Below are positions 50,731-59,997 of a stretch of DNA of 64,000 bases, piece by piece (within the stretch, counting starts at the first letter, position 1; every line of letters begins with the position of its first letter). The notes under the pieces were generated by a model. That model ran no database searches and was not told the DNA's origin. It was given only the letters and a program-made list of their open reading frames with translations. A program made the translations under genes and the position numbers. This DNA comes from Candidatus Bipolaricaulota bacterium (GTDB taxonomy: Bacteria; Bipolaricaulota; Bipolaricaulia; Bipolaricaulales; Bipolaricaulaceae), in contig JAUQPF010000051.1 of assembly GCA_030550535.1 (NCBI GenBank), positions 2,974 through 66,973 of the forward strand. Direction: 5' to 3'.

Positions 50731-52854
50731 TCAGAACATGGGGCTCATCCCGAACTCGAAGGCCGGCACCCAGGTGGGTTCCCGGTCGTTCGGCCAGGAG
50801 GCGGCGATGCGCACGAACATGCCCCCCAGGTTCACGGCGACCTCGAACCCCGGGGCCATCTTCATGGTGCTTGTGCGCAGATCCCATCCCAAATCGAGGA
50901 ATGGGGCGAACCATGCGCCCTGAGCGAGCTCAATGCGGAACTCCGCGTTGAGGAGGGCCAGCCGGTCCGTCTGGGACTTCTTTGCGCCGCGTACGGAATC
51001 CACCCCGCCCAGGGTGAACCAATATTCGCGAGGCAGATCGAGGCCGAACCGGAGAAGGGCGCGCACCGCCAAGGCCGCCCGCTGCTCCCCAAGGTCATGG
51101 GGCCAGAACCTCGCGAGCTCCCACCTCCCCGCGAGGTACTCCGCGCCCGGGGCGAACGTGCCCGCCTTCTCCAGGCTCAGCTGGCTTCGGCTCCCCTTGC
51201 GCGGGAAGAAGGGGCTATCCCGGTCATCCCAGACCAGCCCGGCTTCCACGACGTTGCGTGGGGGAAGGGGCTGGTCCGGGAGCTCCAGGGTTTCCTCTTT
51301 CGTGAAGCCCAGGCTCAGATCCAGGTAATCCGCGAGGGGATAGGCCACCTTGACCCCCCCTCCCGTGGTCAGGCGTGTTCCCTCCTCTTTGCGGTAGAGC
51401 TGCACCTGGACCTGGGTGAACCCGGGGAAGGCCCGGCCCACGTAGTCCAGGCTCCAGGTGGTCTCCCCGCTTCCGGTGAGGCCGCGGGAGAAGGTGAGGG
51501 ACACGTCCTGCGCCGTGCCGAACAGGTTCTTCTGGGAGTAGGTGAGGTTCCCCACGATCCCCCCGGCCTCAGGGGAGAGGCTCACGGAGCCCGTGATGCT
51601 CCCGAGTCTGTCGAGCTCCTTGACCTCCACGGTGAGGAGGACGTGCTCCCCCTCCCAGGCGGGGATGAGGGAAACATCGCTGAAGTAGCCCAAAGCCATG
51701 AGGTTTTGGCGGGCCACGAGGAGCTTGGCCTCCGTGAGGGCCTGGCCTGGCTGCAGCTTCAAAACGCGGCGCACCACCCACTCCGCCGTGCGCGCAAGCC
51801 CCCGGATCTCCAGGCGCCCAAGCTCCCCCTCCCGCACGCGCACGAAGAGGATCCCGTTCTCCACCTTCTCCGCCCCGAAATCCACGAGGAAATAGCCCTC
51901 ACGGCGGTAGTAGTCGTACAAAGGACGAAGGGCGTTCAAAACCTCGAGGTTGCCCACGATCCCCCGAGGAAGCGGGGCCAACAAACCCTGAGCCCGTTCC
52001 GTGGGGATGGCCTTCGTCCCTACCACCACGATCCCCTGCAGCGCCTGCGGCTCCGCGAGGACCGTGCGCTCCGTGACCTGCCAGACCAACCTCACCCCGC
52101 CGGGCACGACCTCCGGGATCACCTGGGCCTGGGCGAAGTACACGGAGCGCGTGAGCCGCCCCAGGGACTCCTGGATCTTGGAAATCCGGCCCACCTCGCC
52201 CAAAGGCACGTCGATCAGGGCCAACGCGGTTTCCCTGGGAACGGTGGATAGGCCGCGGACCTCATGGGCCACCACGGGGAGCTCCTCAAACCGGAGGACG
52301 AGCTTTTCCCCCGGCACAATTTCGCCCACCTGCACCGTGCCCATGTCCTTTTTGCGGTACTCCTCGAGCACGGCATGCAAGGCCTTCTCCAGTTTCTTGC
52401 GGTTGAGGACCTCGCCGGGTTTGACCCCGTTTTCGCTGAGGATCTCGCGCACCCGCCGCTCGTACACGCGCGGGGGCTGGGTGAGCTCGCCCCACCACAC
52501 CAAAAGCCAGGACCACAGGGTTTTACCCCCTTTGGGCTCGGGTGGGACGCCCAAAATCACGACTTCTTGGATCTTGGGGAACTCCACGACGCGGTAGCGC
52601 ACGACCACCTGGTTTTCCTCCAGGGTCACCTCGGGCGTGACCTGCGCGAAATAACCCAGGTCCTCCAGGGCCTTGGCTCCGGCGAGGACCTTGTCGCGGT
52701 CCACCACGTCGCCCACCTTGAACGGCAGGGCCGCCAGGATGTCCCTGGTGGGGACGTTCTGGTTCCCCAGGATCTCGAGCTTCTCCACGGGGAAAGTCTG
52801 GGCCCAAGCACCAAGGCTGAAAAGAAGGAGCGCAAGACCTATCCTCACGGCCAT
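50731..52854 (-). CDS. bamA: outer membrane protein assembly factor BamA (Omp85)
   Basis: Signal MAVRIGLALLLFSLGAWAQ. POTRA repeats (...LEILGNQNVPTRDILAAL...). C-terminal barrel ending ...FEFGMSPMF. Confidence 0.88.
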   Translation of the reverse strand: MAVRIGLALLLFSLGAWAQTFPVEKLEILGNQNVPTRDILAALPFKVGDVVDRDKVLAGAKALEDLGYFAQVTPEVTLEENQVVVRYRVVEFPKIQEVVILGVPPEPKGGKTLWSWLLVWWGELTQPPRVYERRVREILSENGVKPGEVLNRKKLEKALHAVLEEYRKKDMGTVQVGEIVPGEKLVLRFEELPVVAHEVRGLSTVPRETALALIDVPLGEVGRISKIQESLGRLTRSVYFAQAQVIPEVVPGGVRLVWQVTERTVLAEPQALQGIVVVGTKAIPTERAQGLLAPLPRGIVGNLEVLNALRPLYDYYRREGYFLVDFGAEKVENGILFVRVREGELGRLEIRGLARTAEWVVRRVLKLQPGQALTEAKLLVARQNLMALGYFSDVSLIPAWEGEHVLLTVEVKELDRLGSITGSVSLSPEAGGIVGNLTYSQKNLFGTAQDVSLTFSRGLTGSGETTWSLDYVGRAFPGFTQVQVQLYRKEEGTRLTTGGGVKVAYPLADYLDLSLGFTKEETLELPDQPLPPRNVVEAGLVWDDRDSPFFPRKGSRSQLSLEKAGTFAPGAEYLAGRWELARFWPHDLGEQRAALAVRALLRFGLDLPREYWFTLGGVDSVRGAKKSQTDRLALLNAEFRIELAQGAWFAPFLDLGWDLRTSTMKMAPGFEVAVNLGGMFVRIAASWPNDREPTWVPAFEFGMSPMF

Positions 52855-54368
52855 CCCTCCTCGGCGAAAGCCCGGTATTGCAGGGCTTCGGCCACGTGCT
52901 CGGCCTCGATGGTATCGGCGCCGCCCAGATCCGCAATGGTGCGGGCCACCTTGAGCGTGCGCACATAGCCCCTTCCCGTGAGGGCGAACCGGTCGATGGC
53001 CTTGGCCAAGAGGGCCTTGGCTTGGGGCGAAAGCACGCAGAACTTGCGCACCTCTTTGGGGCCCATCTCCGCGTTCACGAAGAGCTTCCCCGCGAAGCGA
53101 CGGCGCTGGATCTCCCGGGCCTCCATGACCCTTTTTCGCACGGCCTCGGAAGGCTCGCCCCCGCCCTCGCCCAAGAGCTCCTCTTTCGTGAGGCGCGGGA
53201 CGTGGACGAAGAGGTCGATGCGGTCCAGGAAGGGGCCGGAAAGTTTCTTTCGGTACTGCACGATCTCGTGGGGGCGGCAGCGGCAGGGCCGTAAGGCGTC
53301 CCCAAAGTGGCCGCAGGGGCAGGGGTTCATGGCCCCCACGAGCATGAAAGAAGCGGGGAAGGTCACGCTCACCCCCGCCCGCACCACCGTGATCTTCCGG
53401 TCCTCCAAGGGCTGGCGCAGGGCCTCCAGGACCCTCCGGTCGAACTCCGGAAGCTCGTCCAGGAAAAGGACGCCGTGGTGGGCGAGGCTGATCTCCCCCG
53501 GCACAGGGATCCCGTGTCCTCCGCCCACCAGGCCCACGTAGGAGATGGTGTGGTGGGGGGCGCGAAAGGGCCGCCAGCGCAGAAGCGGCCGGTCCGGAGG
53601 GAGAAGCCCGGCCACGGAGTGGACGCGGCTCACCTCCAGGGCCTCTTCAAAGGAGAGGGGCGGGAGGATCCCAGGGAGGCAGCGGGCGAGGAGGGATTTG
53701 CCCGCGCCGGGAGGGCCGATCAGGAGGAGGTGGTGGCCGCCGGCCGCGGCGATCTCCAGGGCCCGCCGGGCATGCTCCTGCCCCTTCACCAGCCCAAGGT
53801 CGATCCAGTCCGGCGGTGGGGCCTCGGGGATGACCCGCGGGGCGGGCGGGATCTCCCGCTCGCCCCGGAGGAAGGCCACGGCCTCCCCGAGGTCCGCCAC
53901 GGGGAAAACCTGGAGCCCCTCCACCAGGGCGGCCTCAGGGGCGGAGTCCCGGGCCACCACCAGGCGCGCGAGCCCTGCTTCCTTGGCGGCCAGGGCCACG
54001 GCCAGAACCCCCCGCACCGGCCGCACCCCACCGTCCAGGGAAAGCTCGCCCAAGAACACCGTGTCCCGCGTGCGGTCCTTGGGGACCTGGCCGGTGGCCA
54101 CCAGGAGGGCCACGGCCAAGGCGAGGTCGAACCCGGCGCCCTCCTTGCGCAGGTCCGCGGGGGCCAGGTTCGCGGTGATGCGCAGCTGGGGGAACTCCAG
54201 GCCTAAATTGCGGATGGCCGCGCGCACCCGGTCCCGCGCCTCCGAGACCTCCTTCTCGGGGAGGCCCACCACGGCGAAGCCCGGGAGGCCCGGGCCCACA
54301 TCGCACTGGACCTCCACGAGCCGCGCCTCCACCCCGTACGGGGTCCCGCTAAGCACCTGCGCGAACAT
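52845..54368 (-). CDS. YifB/ComM-family Mg-chelatase-like AAA+ ATPase
   Basis: MFAQVLSGTPYGVEARLVEVQCDV..., Walker A GPPGAGKS, ...FLDELPEF..., ...MNPCPCG... Confidence 0.9.
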   Translation of the reverse strand: MFAQVLSGTPYGVEARLVEVQCDVGPGLPGFAVVGLPEKEVSEARDRVRAAIRNLGLEFPQLRITANLAPADLRKEGAGFDLALAVALLVATGQVPKDRTRDTVFLGELSLDGGVRPVRGVLAVALAAKEAGLARLVVARDSAPEAALVEGLQVFPVADLGEAVAFLRGEREIPPAPRVIPEAPPPDWIDLGLVKGQEHARRALEIAAAGGHHLLLIGPPGAGKSLLARCLPGILPPLSFEEALEVSRVHSVAGLLPPDRPLLRWRPFRAPHHTISYVGLVGGGHGIPVPGEISLAHHGVLFLDELPEFDRRVLEALRQPLEDRKITVVRAGVSVTFPASFMLVGAMNPCPCGHFGDALRPCRCRPHEIVQYRKKLSGPFLDRIDLFVHVPRLTKEELLGEGGGEPSEAVRKRVMEAREIQRRRFAGKLFVNAEMGPKEVRKFCVLSPQAKALLAKAIDRFALTGRGYVRTLKVARTIADLGGADTIEAEHVAEALQYRAFAEEGWP

Positions 54369-54696
54369 CCTCGGCGGTGAACGCGCCCTTGATGTGGCGG
54401 ATTCCTCTGGGGGTCACGGCCACCACGTCGAACCGCACGGGAACCGTGGGTTTCCCGGCCAAGTACGCCTGGGCCGTGCGCCGAAGCCTGGCCCTTTTGC
54501 CCGCGTCCACGGCCTCCTCGGGGAGGGCGAAGCCCTCGTCGGCCCGGCCCTTCACCTCCACGAACACGAGGGTGGGGCCGTCTTTAGCGATGATGTCTAC
54601 CTCGCCGCCGCGCCAGCGCCAGTTGCGGGCCACAATGAGCATCCCCTGCTCCCGCAGGTACCGGCAGGCCAGCTCCTCTGCGGTGCGTCCCTCCAC
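54349..54696 (-). CDS. YraN-family (UPF0102) endonuclease-like protein
   Basis: ...GRTAEELACRYLREQGMLIVARNWRWRGGEVDIIAKDG.TLVFVEVKGR... Start set at GTG comp 54696 (115 aa, typical length). ATG comp 54762 is the longer alternative. Confidence 0.8.
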   Translation of the reverse strand: MEGRTAEELACRYLREQGMLIVARNWRWRGGEVDIIAKDGPTLVFVEVKGRADEGFALPEEAVDAGKRARLRRTAQAYLAGKPTVPVRFDVVAVTPRGIRHIKGAFTAEDVRAGA

Positions 54697-54760
54697 GGCC
54701 CTCCATCTTACCCCGGGGAAGTTGTCCCCGGAGGGCTTTTTCGCCTTATACTGCGGGGTC

Positions 54761-56047
54761 ATGCGCGTCCTTATCCGCGGGGCGATGGTGTGGCCGCGGC
54801 CGGAGGGCCCCCTCCTCCCCAAGGCCGACGTGGTCATCGAGGGACGGAGGTTTGCTGCCGTCCTCACCGAGGAGAGCCCCCAGGGTCCGTTCGACCTCGT
54901 GGTGGAGGGCGAGGGAAGGCTTCTCCTTCCGGGCTTGGTGAACGCCCACACCCATCTCGCCATGACCCTGTTCCGTGGGCTGGCGCAGGACCGGCCGCTC
55001 ATGCAGTGGCTCACCGAGGAGGTCTGGCCCCGGGAGAAGAGGCTCACGGGCGAGGTGGTGTATTGGTTCTCCCTTTTGGGCCTGGCGGAGATGATCAAGG
55101 GCGGCACCACGGCCTTTGCCGACATGTACTTCTTCATGGAGGAGGTGGCGGAGGCCGTGGAGCGGGCGGGGGTACGGGCCCTCCTCTCCTACGGGGTGAT
55201 CGCGCCCACCCCCGAGCGCATGGAGTCCGAGCTCCGGAAGGCCGAGGAGTTCGCGCGGGAGTGGGAGGGACGCGCGGAGGGGCGCATCCGCGTGGCCCTC
55301 TCCCCGCACGCCCCCTACACCTGCGGCCCGGAGGTGTGGAAGAGGGCGGTGGCCTTGGCGAGGGAGCTGCGCATCCCCATCCACACCCACCTTGCCGAGA
55401 CCAAGGAGGAGGTGGAGCGGGTGCGGGCGGAGCGCGGCCGCTCGCCCGTGGAGTGGCTGGAGGAGCTCGGTGTTTTCGGGGTTCCCGTGCTCGCCGCCCA
55501 TTGCGTACATCTCTCCGAAAAGGACATGGAGATCCTCGCTGCCCACGGCGTCCACGCCGTGCACTGTCCCACTTCCAACCTCAAGCTCGCCTGCGGGATC
55601 GCCCCGGTGGTGGAGATGCTGCGCACCGGGGTCAACGTATGTCTGGGCACGGACGGCGCGGGCTCTGCCGGCGACCTGAACATGCTGGAGGAGATGCGGC
55701 TTGCCGCCCTTTTGGCCAAGGTGCGCACGGGCGATCCCCAGGCCCTCTCCGCTCGCGAGGCCTTGGGCTTGGCCACTTGGCGCGGGGCCGTGGCCCTGGG
55801 ATGGGGCAAGGAGTTGGGTACAATTGAAGAGGGCCGGCGAGCGGACGGCATCCTCGTCCGGCTGGATCGGGTTCATCTCTTTCCCGATTACGATCCGGTG
55901 GCCAACCTCGTGTACGCTGGCCAGGCCGCGGATGTGGAGGCCCTGTTCGTGGATGGCCGCTTCCTCCTCCGCGACGGCCAGTTGCAGACGCTGGACGAAG
56001 AGGAGATCCTTGGCCGGTGCCGGGAGCTCGCCAAAAAATTCCGTTGA
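54761..56047 (+). CDS. mtaD: amidohydrolase, 5-methylthioadenosine/S-adenosylhomocysteine deaminase-like
   Basis: MRVLIRGAMVW..., ...LPGLVNAHTHLAMT..., ...HTHLAET..., ...CLGTDGAGS... Confidence 0.8.
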   Translation: MRVLIRGAMVWPRPEGPLLPKADVVIEGRRFAAVLTEESPQGPFDLVVEGEGRLLLPGLVNAHTHLAMTLFRGLAQDRPLMQWLTEEVWPREKRLTGEVVYWFSLLGLAEMIKGGTTAFADMYFFMEEVAEAVERAGVRALLSYGVIAPTPERMESELRKAEEFAREWEGRAEGRIRVALSPHAPYTCGPEVWKRAVALARELRIPIHTHLAETKEEVERVRAERGRSPVEWLEELGVFGVPVLAAHCVHLSEKDMEILAAHGVHAVHCPTSNLKLACGIAPVVEMLRTGVNVCLGTDGAGSAGDLNMLEEMRLAALLAKVRTGDPQALSAREALGLATWRGAVALGWGKELGTIEEGRRADGILVRLDRVHLFPDYDPVANLVYAGQAADVEALFVDGRFLLRDGQLQTLDEEEILGRCRELAKKFR

Positions 56048-56052
56048 CCGAA

Positions 56053-56078
56053 CCCTTTCCCTCGCGCCGGGGAAAGGG
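56053..56078 (+). promoter_or_regulatory. 9-bp hairpin in the rpsO leader (possible S15 operator)
   Basis: CCCTTTCCC (56053-56061) pairs with GGGAAAGGG (56070-78) around an 8-nt loop. No U-tract. Followed by GGAGGTGAGA and the GTG start. Confidence 0.35.
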
Positions 56079-56095
56079 CGATTGGAGGTGAGAAC

Positions 56096-56368
56096 GTGGC
56101 GCTTTCCAAGGAGCAGAAGCAGGAGATCATCGCGAAGTTCGCGCAGGGTCCCAACGATACGGGCTCCGTGGAGGTGCAGGTGGCGCTCCTCACGGCCCGG
56201 ATCAACCAGCTCACGGAACACCTAAGGGTCCACCGCAAGGACTTCCACTCCCGGCGGGGGCTGTACATCCTTGTGGGGCGGAGGCGCCGCCTGCTGCGGT
56301 ACCTTCGGGAGAAGGACCCTGCCCGCTACCGCCGCCTCCTCCAGACCTTGGGTCTGCGCGAGGTGTAG
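56096..56368 (+). CDS. rpsO: 30S ribosomal protein S15
   Basis: (M)[55 protein letters not shown]... GTG start. Confidence 0.95.
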   Translation: MALSKEQKQEIIAKFAQGPNDTGSVEVQVALLTARINQLTEHLRVHRKDFHSRRGLYILVGRRRRLLRYLREKDPARYRRLLQTLGLREV

Positions 56369-56374
56369 CCGCCT

Positions 56375-58717
56375 ATGCCTGAGGTGCAGACAGAGCTCGG
56401 CGGAAAAGTGGTGAAGCTGGAGACGGGAAGCCTAGCCCGGCAGGCCAGCGCGGCCGTCCTCGTCACCTGGGGCGACACCAAGGTCCTGGTGACGGTGGTG
56501 TGCCAGCCCCTCCAGCAGGACCCCGGGTACTTCCCGCTGCGCGTGGACTACGAGGAGAGGTTTTACGCGGGCGGGAAGATCCCGGGCGGCTTCTTCAAGC
56601 GGGAGGGGAAGCCCTCGGACGAGGCGATCCTCGCGGCGCGCCTCATTGACCGCCCCATTCGTCCCCTCTTCCCCAAGGGCTATAAGGAAGAGGTGCACAT
56701 TGTGGCCACGGTGCTTTCGGCGGAGAAGGACGCGCCGCCCGATGTGGCCGGGCTTTTGGGGGCCTCGGCCGCCCTGATGCTTTCGCCCGCGCCGTTTTTG
56801 GGCCCTGTGGCCGGGGTGCGCGTGGGCCTGAAGGACGGGCAGTTCCTCCTCCACCCCACCGATCAGGACCGGGAGACCGGGCTCATGGACATCGTGGTCG
56901 CCGGCACCCGTGGGACCGTGACCATGGTGGAGGGCCTGATGAAGGAGGTGGACGAGGAGGACGTGGTGCGGGCCATCACCCTGGCCCACGCGGAGATCCA
57001 AAAGCTTTTGGATCTCCAGGAGGAGCTCGCTCGTCAGGTCCCGGTGGTGAAGAAGGAGGTTCCTCCGCCGGATCCCCTCGAGGCCGAGGTGCGGGAGAAG
57101 GTCAAGGCCCACGTGTGGGAAAAGCTCCATGAGCTCAAGCGCGCTCCGGGGAAGAAGGCCCGGGAGGGCCTGGCCGAGGCCTTGGCCGAGGAGGCGGCCC
57201 AGGCCGTGGCTCAGGGCTACCCCGAGGCGGACCAGGAGAAGGTCAAGACCCTGGCCAAGGCCCTCTTTGACGACGTGTACCGGGAGTACGTGCGCTGGTC
57301 CATCCTGGAGCTTGGGGAGCGCATGGACGGCCGTCGGCCCGAGGAGCTCCGCCCCATCTCCATCCAGGTTGGGCTTTTGCCGCGTGTGCACGGCTCGGCC
57401 CTCTTCACCCGCGGGGAGACCCAGTCCCTGGGCACCTGCACCCTCGGGGCCACCCGCAAGGACGCCCAGATCATCGACCTCATGATGGAGGAGGGCCTCA
57501 AGCGCTTCATGTTCCACTACAACTTCCCGCCCTTCTGCACGGGGGAGGCCGGTCGGATCGGCGCGCCCTCCCGCCGGGAGATCGGGCATGGGAAGCTCGC
57601 GGAGAACGCCCTTCTGGCCGTGATCCCCTCCGAGGAGGAGTTCCCCTACATCATCCGGGTGGTCTCGGAGATCCTGGAGTCCAACGGGTCTTCCTCCATG
57701 GCCTCGGTGTGCTCGGGGTGTCTGGCCATGATGGACGCGGGGGTGCCGGTGAAGCGGCACGTGGCCGGGGTGGCCATGGGGCTTGTGACCGACCCCGCCA
57801 CCGGAAAGTACCGGATCCTCACGGACATCCTGGGCCTGGAGGACCATTACGGCGACATGGACTTCAAGGTGGCCGGGACCCGGCTGGGGGTCACGGCGTT
57901 CCAGCTGGACGTGAAGACGGGCGGGCTCACCCCGGAGCTCATGCGCGAGGCCCTGGCCCAGGCCAAGGCCGCCCGCTTCCACATCCTGGACCTCATGGAG
58001 CAGGCCTTGCCCAAGCCGCGCGCTTCCCTGTCCCCTTACGCCCCCTACCTGGATGTCTTCAAGATCAACCCCGAAAAGATCGGGATCGTGATCGGCCCAG
58101 GCGGCCGCACCATCCGCAAGATCCAGGAGGAGACGAACACCGAGATCGAGATCGAGGACGATGGCACGGTGAAGGTGGTGGGCGAGGGCCTGGCCGCGGT
58201 GCAGCGGGCCAAGGAGATGATCCAGGAGCTCACCGAGGAGATCGAGGTGGGCATGACCTTCCGGGGGAGGGTCACGCGCATCGTGCCGTTTGGGGCCATC
58301 GTGGAGATCCGGCCCGGCGTGGACGGCCTCATCCACATCTCCCAGCTTGCCAACGGTTATGTCAAGCGCGTGGAGGACGTGGTCAAAGTGGGCGACGAGG
58401 TCACCGTCGAGGTCATCGACACCGACGAGCTTGGGCGCCCCCGGTTCAAGCTCGTGCAGGAGAAGCCCACATTCAAGGTGGGCGACATCGTTCCCGGGAA
58501 GGTCACGAACGTTGTGGACTACGGGATCTTCGTGGAGATCGCGCCGGGCGTACGGGGGCTTGTGCATAAATCCCGCCTGGGCACGAACGAGGAGCCCGCG
58601 AAAGTCGCCAAGAAGGGCGACCGGATGCTTGTGGAGATCGTGGAGATCGACGAGGAGGGCCGGTACAAGCTGCGGCGGGTGGTGCCCAAAGGTCCTGTGC
58701 GGTTGGACGCGAAATGA
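56375..58717 (+). CDS. pnp: polyribonucleotide nucleotidyltransferase (PNPase)
   Basis: Two RNase PH domains (...FPLRVDYEERFYAGGKIPGGFFKREG...), KH (...IGIVIGPGGRTIRKI...) and S1 (...G.VT.IV.FGA.VEI..G..GL.HIS...), plus an extra S1-like repeat. Confidence 0.95.
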   Translation: MPEVQTELGGKVVKLETGSLARQASAAVLVTWGDTKVLVTVVCQPLQQDPGYFPLRVDYEERFYAGGKIPGGFFKREGKPSDEAILAARLIDRPIRPLFPKGYKEEVHIVATVLSAEKDAPPDVAGLLGASAALMLSPAPFLGPVAGVRVGLKDGQFLLHPTDQDRETGLMDIVVAGTRGTVTMVEGLMKEVDEEDVVRAITLAHAEIQKLLDLQEELARQVPVVKKEVPPPDPLEAEVREKVKAHVWEKLHELKRAPGKKAREGLAEALAEEAAQAVAQGYPEADQEKVKTLAKALFDDVYREYVRWSILELGERMDGRRPEELRPISIQVGLLPRVHGSALFTRGETQSLGTCTLGATRKDAQIIDLMMEEGLKRFMFHYNFPPFCTGEAGRIGAPSRREIGHGKLAENALLAVIPSEEEFPYIIRVVSEILESNGSSSMASVCSGCLAMMDAGVPVKRHVAGVAMGLVTDPATGKYRILTDILGLEDHYGDMDFKVAGTRLGVTAFQLDVKTGGLTPELMREALAQAKAARFHILDLMEQALPKPRASLSPYAPYLDVFKINPEKIGIVIGPGGRTIRKIQEETNTEIEIEDDGTVKVVGEGLAAVQRAKEMIQELTEEIEVGMTFRGRVTRIVPFGAIVEIRPGVDGLIHISQLANGYVKRVEDVVKVGDEVTVEVIDTDELGRPRFKLVQEKPTFKVGDIVPGKVTNVVDYGIFVEIAPGVRGLVHKSRLGTNEEPAKVAKKGDRMLVEIVEIDEEGRYKLRRVVPKGPVRLDAK

Positions 58718-59997
58718 CCGAGATCTACCCCGGGTGTTTCGCGGGGGAAACCTCCTCCGGTCTAGAGGTCTTGGTGGAGCCCATGCCGGGCTTTCGCGGG
58801 GTGGCCCTGGGCCTTTGGGTCAAGGCCGGGGGCCGGGAGGACCCGCCGGGCCGGGAGGGCCTGGCCCACTTCGTGGAGCACATGACCTTCAAGGGGACCA
58901 CGAGGCGCACGGCCCTGGCGCTCGCCCAGAGCATCGACGCCCTCGGCGGGCACCTCAACGCCGCCACCACCGCGGAGTACACGTTCTTCTACACCGAGGT
59001 CCTGAGCGCCCATCTTCCTGAGGCCTGGGAGATCCTCGTGGAGCTCGTGACCTCCCCGCGCTTCGCCCCGGAGGACCTCGTGCGGGAGCGCGTGGTCATC
59101 GCGGAGGAGATCCGTTCCGCGGAGGACGACCCTGAGGACACGGCGTTCCGGCTCCTTGGGGAGCTTCTGTGGAAGGATGGGCACCCGCTGGGGAGGCCCG
59201 TGATCGGCCGCCTGGACTCCGTGTCCCGCATCGAGCTTGAGGATCTGTGGGGCTTCTTTGGACGGCATTATCACCCCAAGGACATGATCTTTGTGGCCTG
59301 CGGCGGGGTGGAACCCGCACAAATTTTTTCTTTGGCCGAGGGCTTTCCCTCCCGTCCCGGGTCGGGGAACGTTCCCCTCCGCACTCCGCCCCAGGTGGGC
59401 GCCGGGCTCACCCTCGCCGAGCGCGACATCAACCAGGTCCACTTGGTTTTGGGCTTCCCCACCGTTCCGGCCTCCGCGCCCGAGCGCTACGCCCTGGAGG
59501 TGTTGAACGCCATCCTCGGCGGAGGCGTGAGCTCCCGGCTCTTCCAGCGGGTGCGGGAGGAGCTTGGGCTGGTGTACGCGGTGTTCTCGGCCACCGCCTA
59601 CTTTTCGGACGCGGGGGTGATCTCCGTCTACGCCGCTGCGGAGGAGAAAAAACTCCCGCAGGTGGTGGAGGCCATCTGGGTGGAGCTGGAGGCTTTGCGC
59701 CGGGCGCCCCCCTCTAAGGAGGACGTGGAGCGGGCGGTGCAGCGCCTTTGCAATGCATTTTTGCTCAATTTGGACGACCCAAGCGGCCGCATGGTGCGGC
59801 TGGGGACGCTCGCGGCCCTGGGCCGGCGGCCCCTCTCCCCCAAGGAGGTGCTCCGCCGCTTTTCCGAGGTCACCCCGGAGGCGGTGCAGGAGCTGGCCCA
59901 GCGGTTCCTTGGGCCGGAGCAGGCGGCCTGGGCGGCCGTGGGACCCTCAGGCGAACGCATTCGTCGGGCCCTGCGGCCCTTCGTGGAGGTGGGCTGA
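58714..59997 (+). CDS. M16-family zinc peptidase (pitrilysin-like)
   Basis: Inverted zinc motif GLAHFVEHMTFKGT. The ATG overlaps the pnp stop (ATGA). Confidence 0.88.
   Translation: MTEIYPGCFAGETSSGLEVLVEPMPGFRGVALGLWVKAGGREDPPGREGLAHFVEHMTFKGTTRRTALALAQSIDALGGHLNAATTAEYTFFYTEVLSAHLPEAWEILVELVTSPRFAPEDLVRERVVIAEEIRSAEDDPEDTAFRLLGELLWKDGHPLGRPVIGRLDSVSRIELEDLWGFFGRHYHPKDMIFVACGGVEPAQIFSLAEGFPSRPGSGNVPLRTPPQVGAGLTLAERDINQVHLVLGFPTVPASAPERYALEVLNAILGGGVSSRLFQRVREELGLVYAVFSATAYFSDAGVISVYAAAEEKKLPQVVEAIWVELEALRRAPPSKEDVERAVQRLCNAFLLNLDDPSGRMVRLGTLAALGRRPLSPKEVLRRFSEVTPEAVQELAQRFLGPEQAAWAAVGPSGERIRRALRPFVEVG

Noticed and set aside
54760-54763. Head-to-head overlap of start codons (CATG) between yraN and mtaD.
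   Set aside because: It arises only if yraN starts at ATG comp 54762. A GTG at comp 54696 gives the typical ~115-aa YraN beginning (M)EGRTAEELACRYL, so the overlap is probably an annotation artefact.
53545-55827. 760-aa plus-strand ORF, plus the similar long antisense ORFs 54746..56221 (-), 56432..58567 (-), 43985..45805 (+), 50401..52251 (+) and 62085..63584 (+).
   Set aside because: All lie antisense to genes with unmistakable conserved motifs (yifB, mtaD, pnp, murC/murG, bamA, amidohydrolase). They have Arg/Gly/Pro-dominated composition and are high-GC shadow ORFs.
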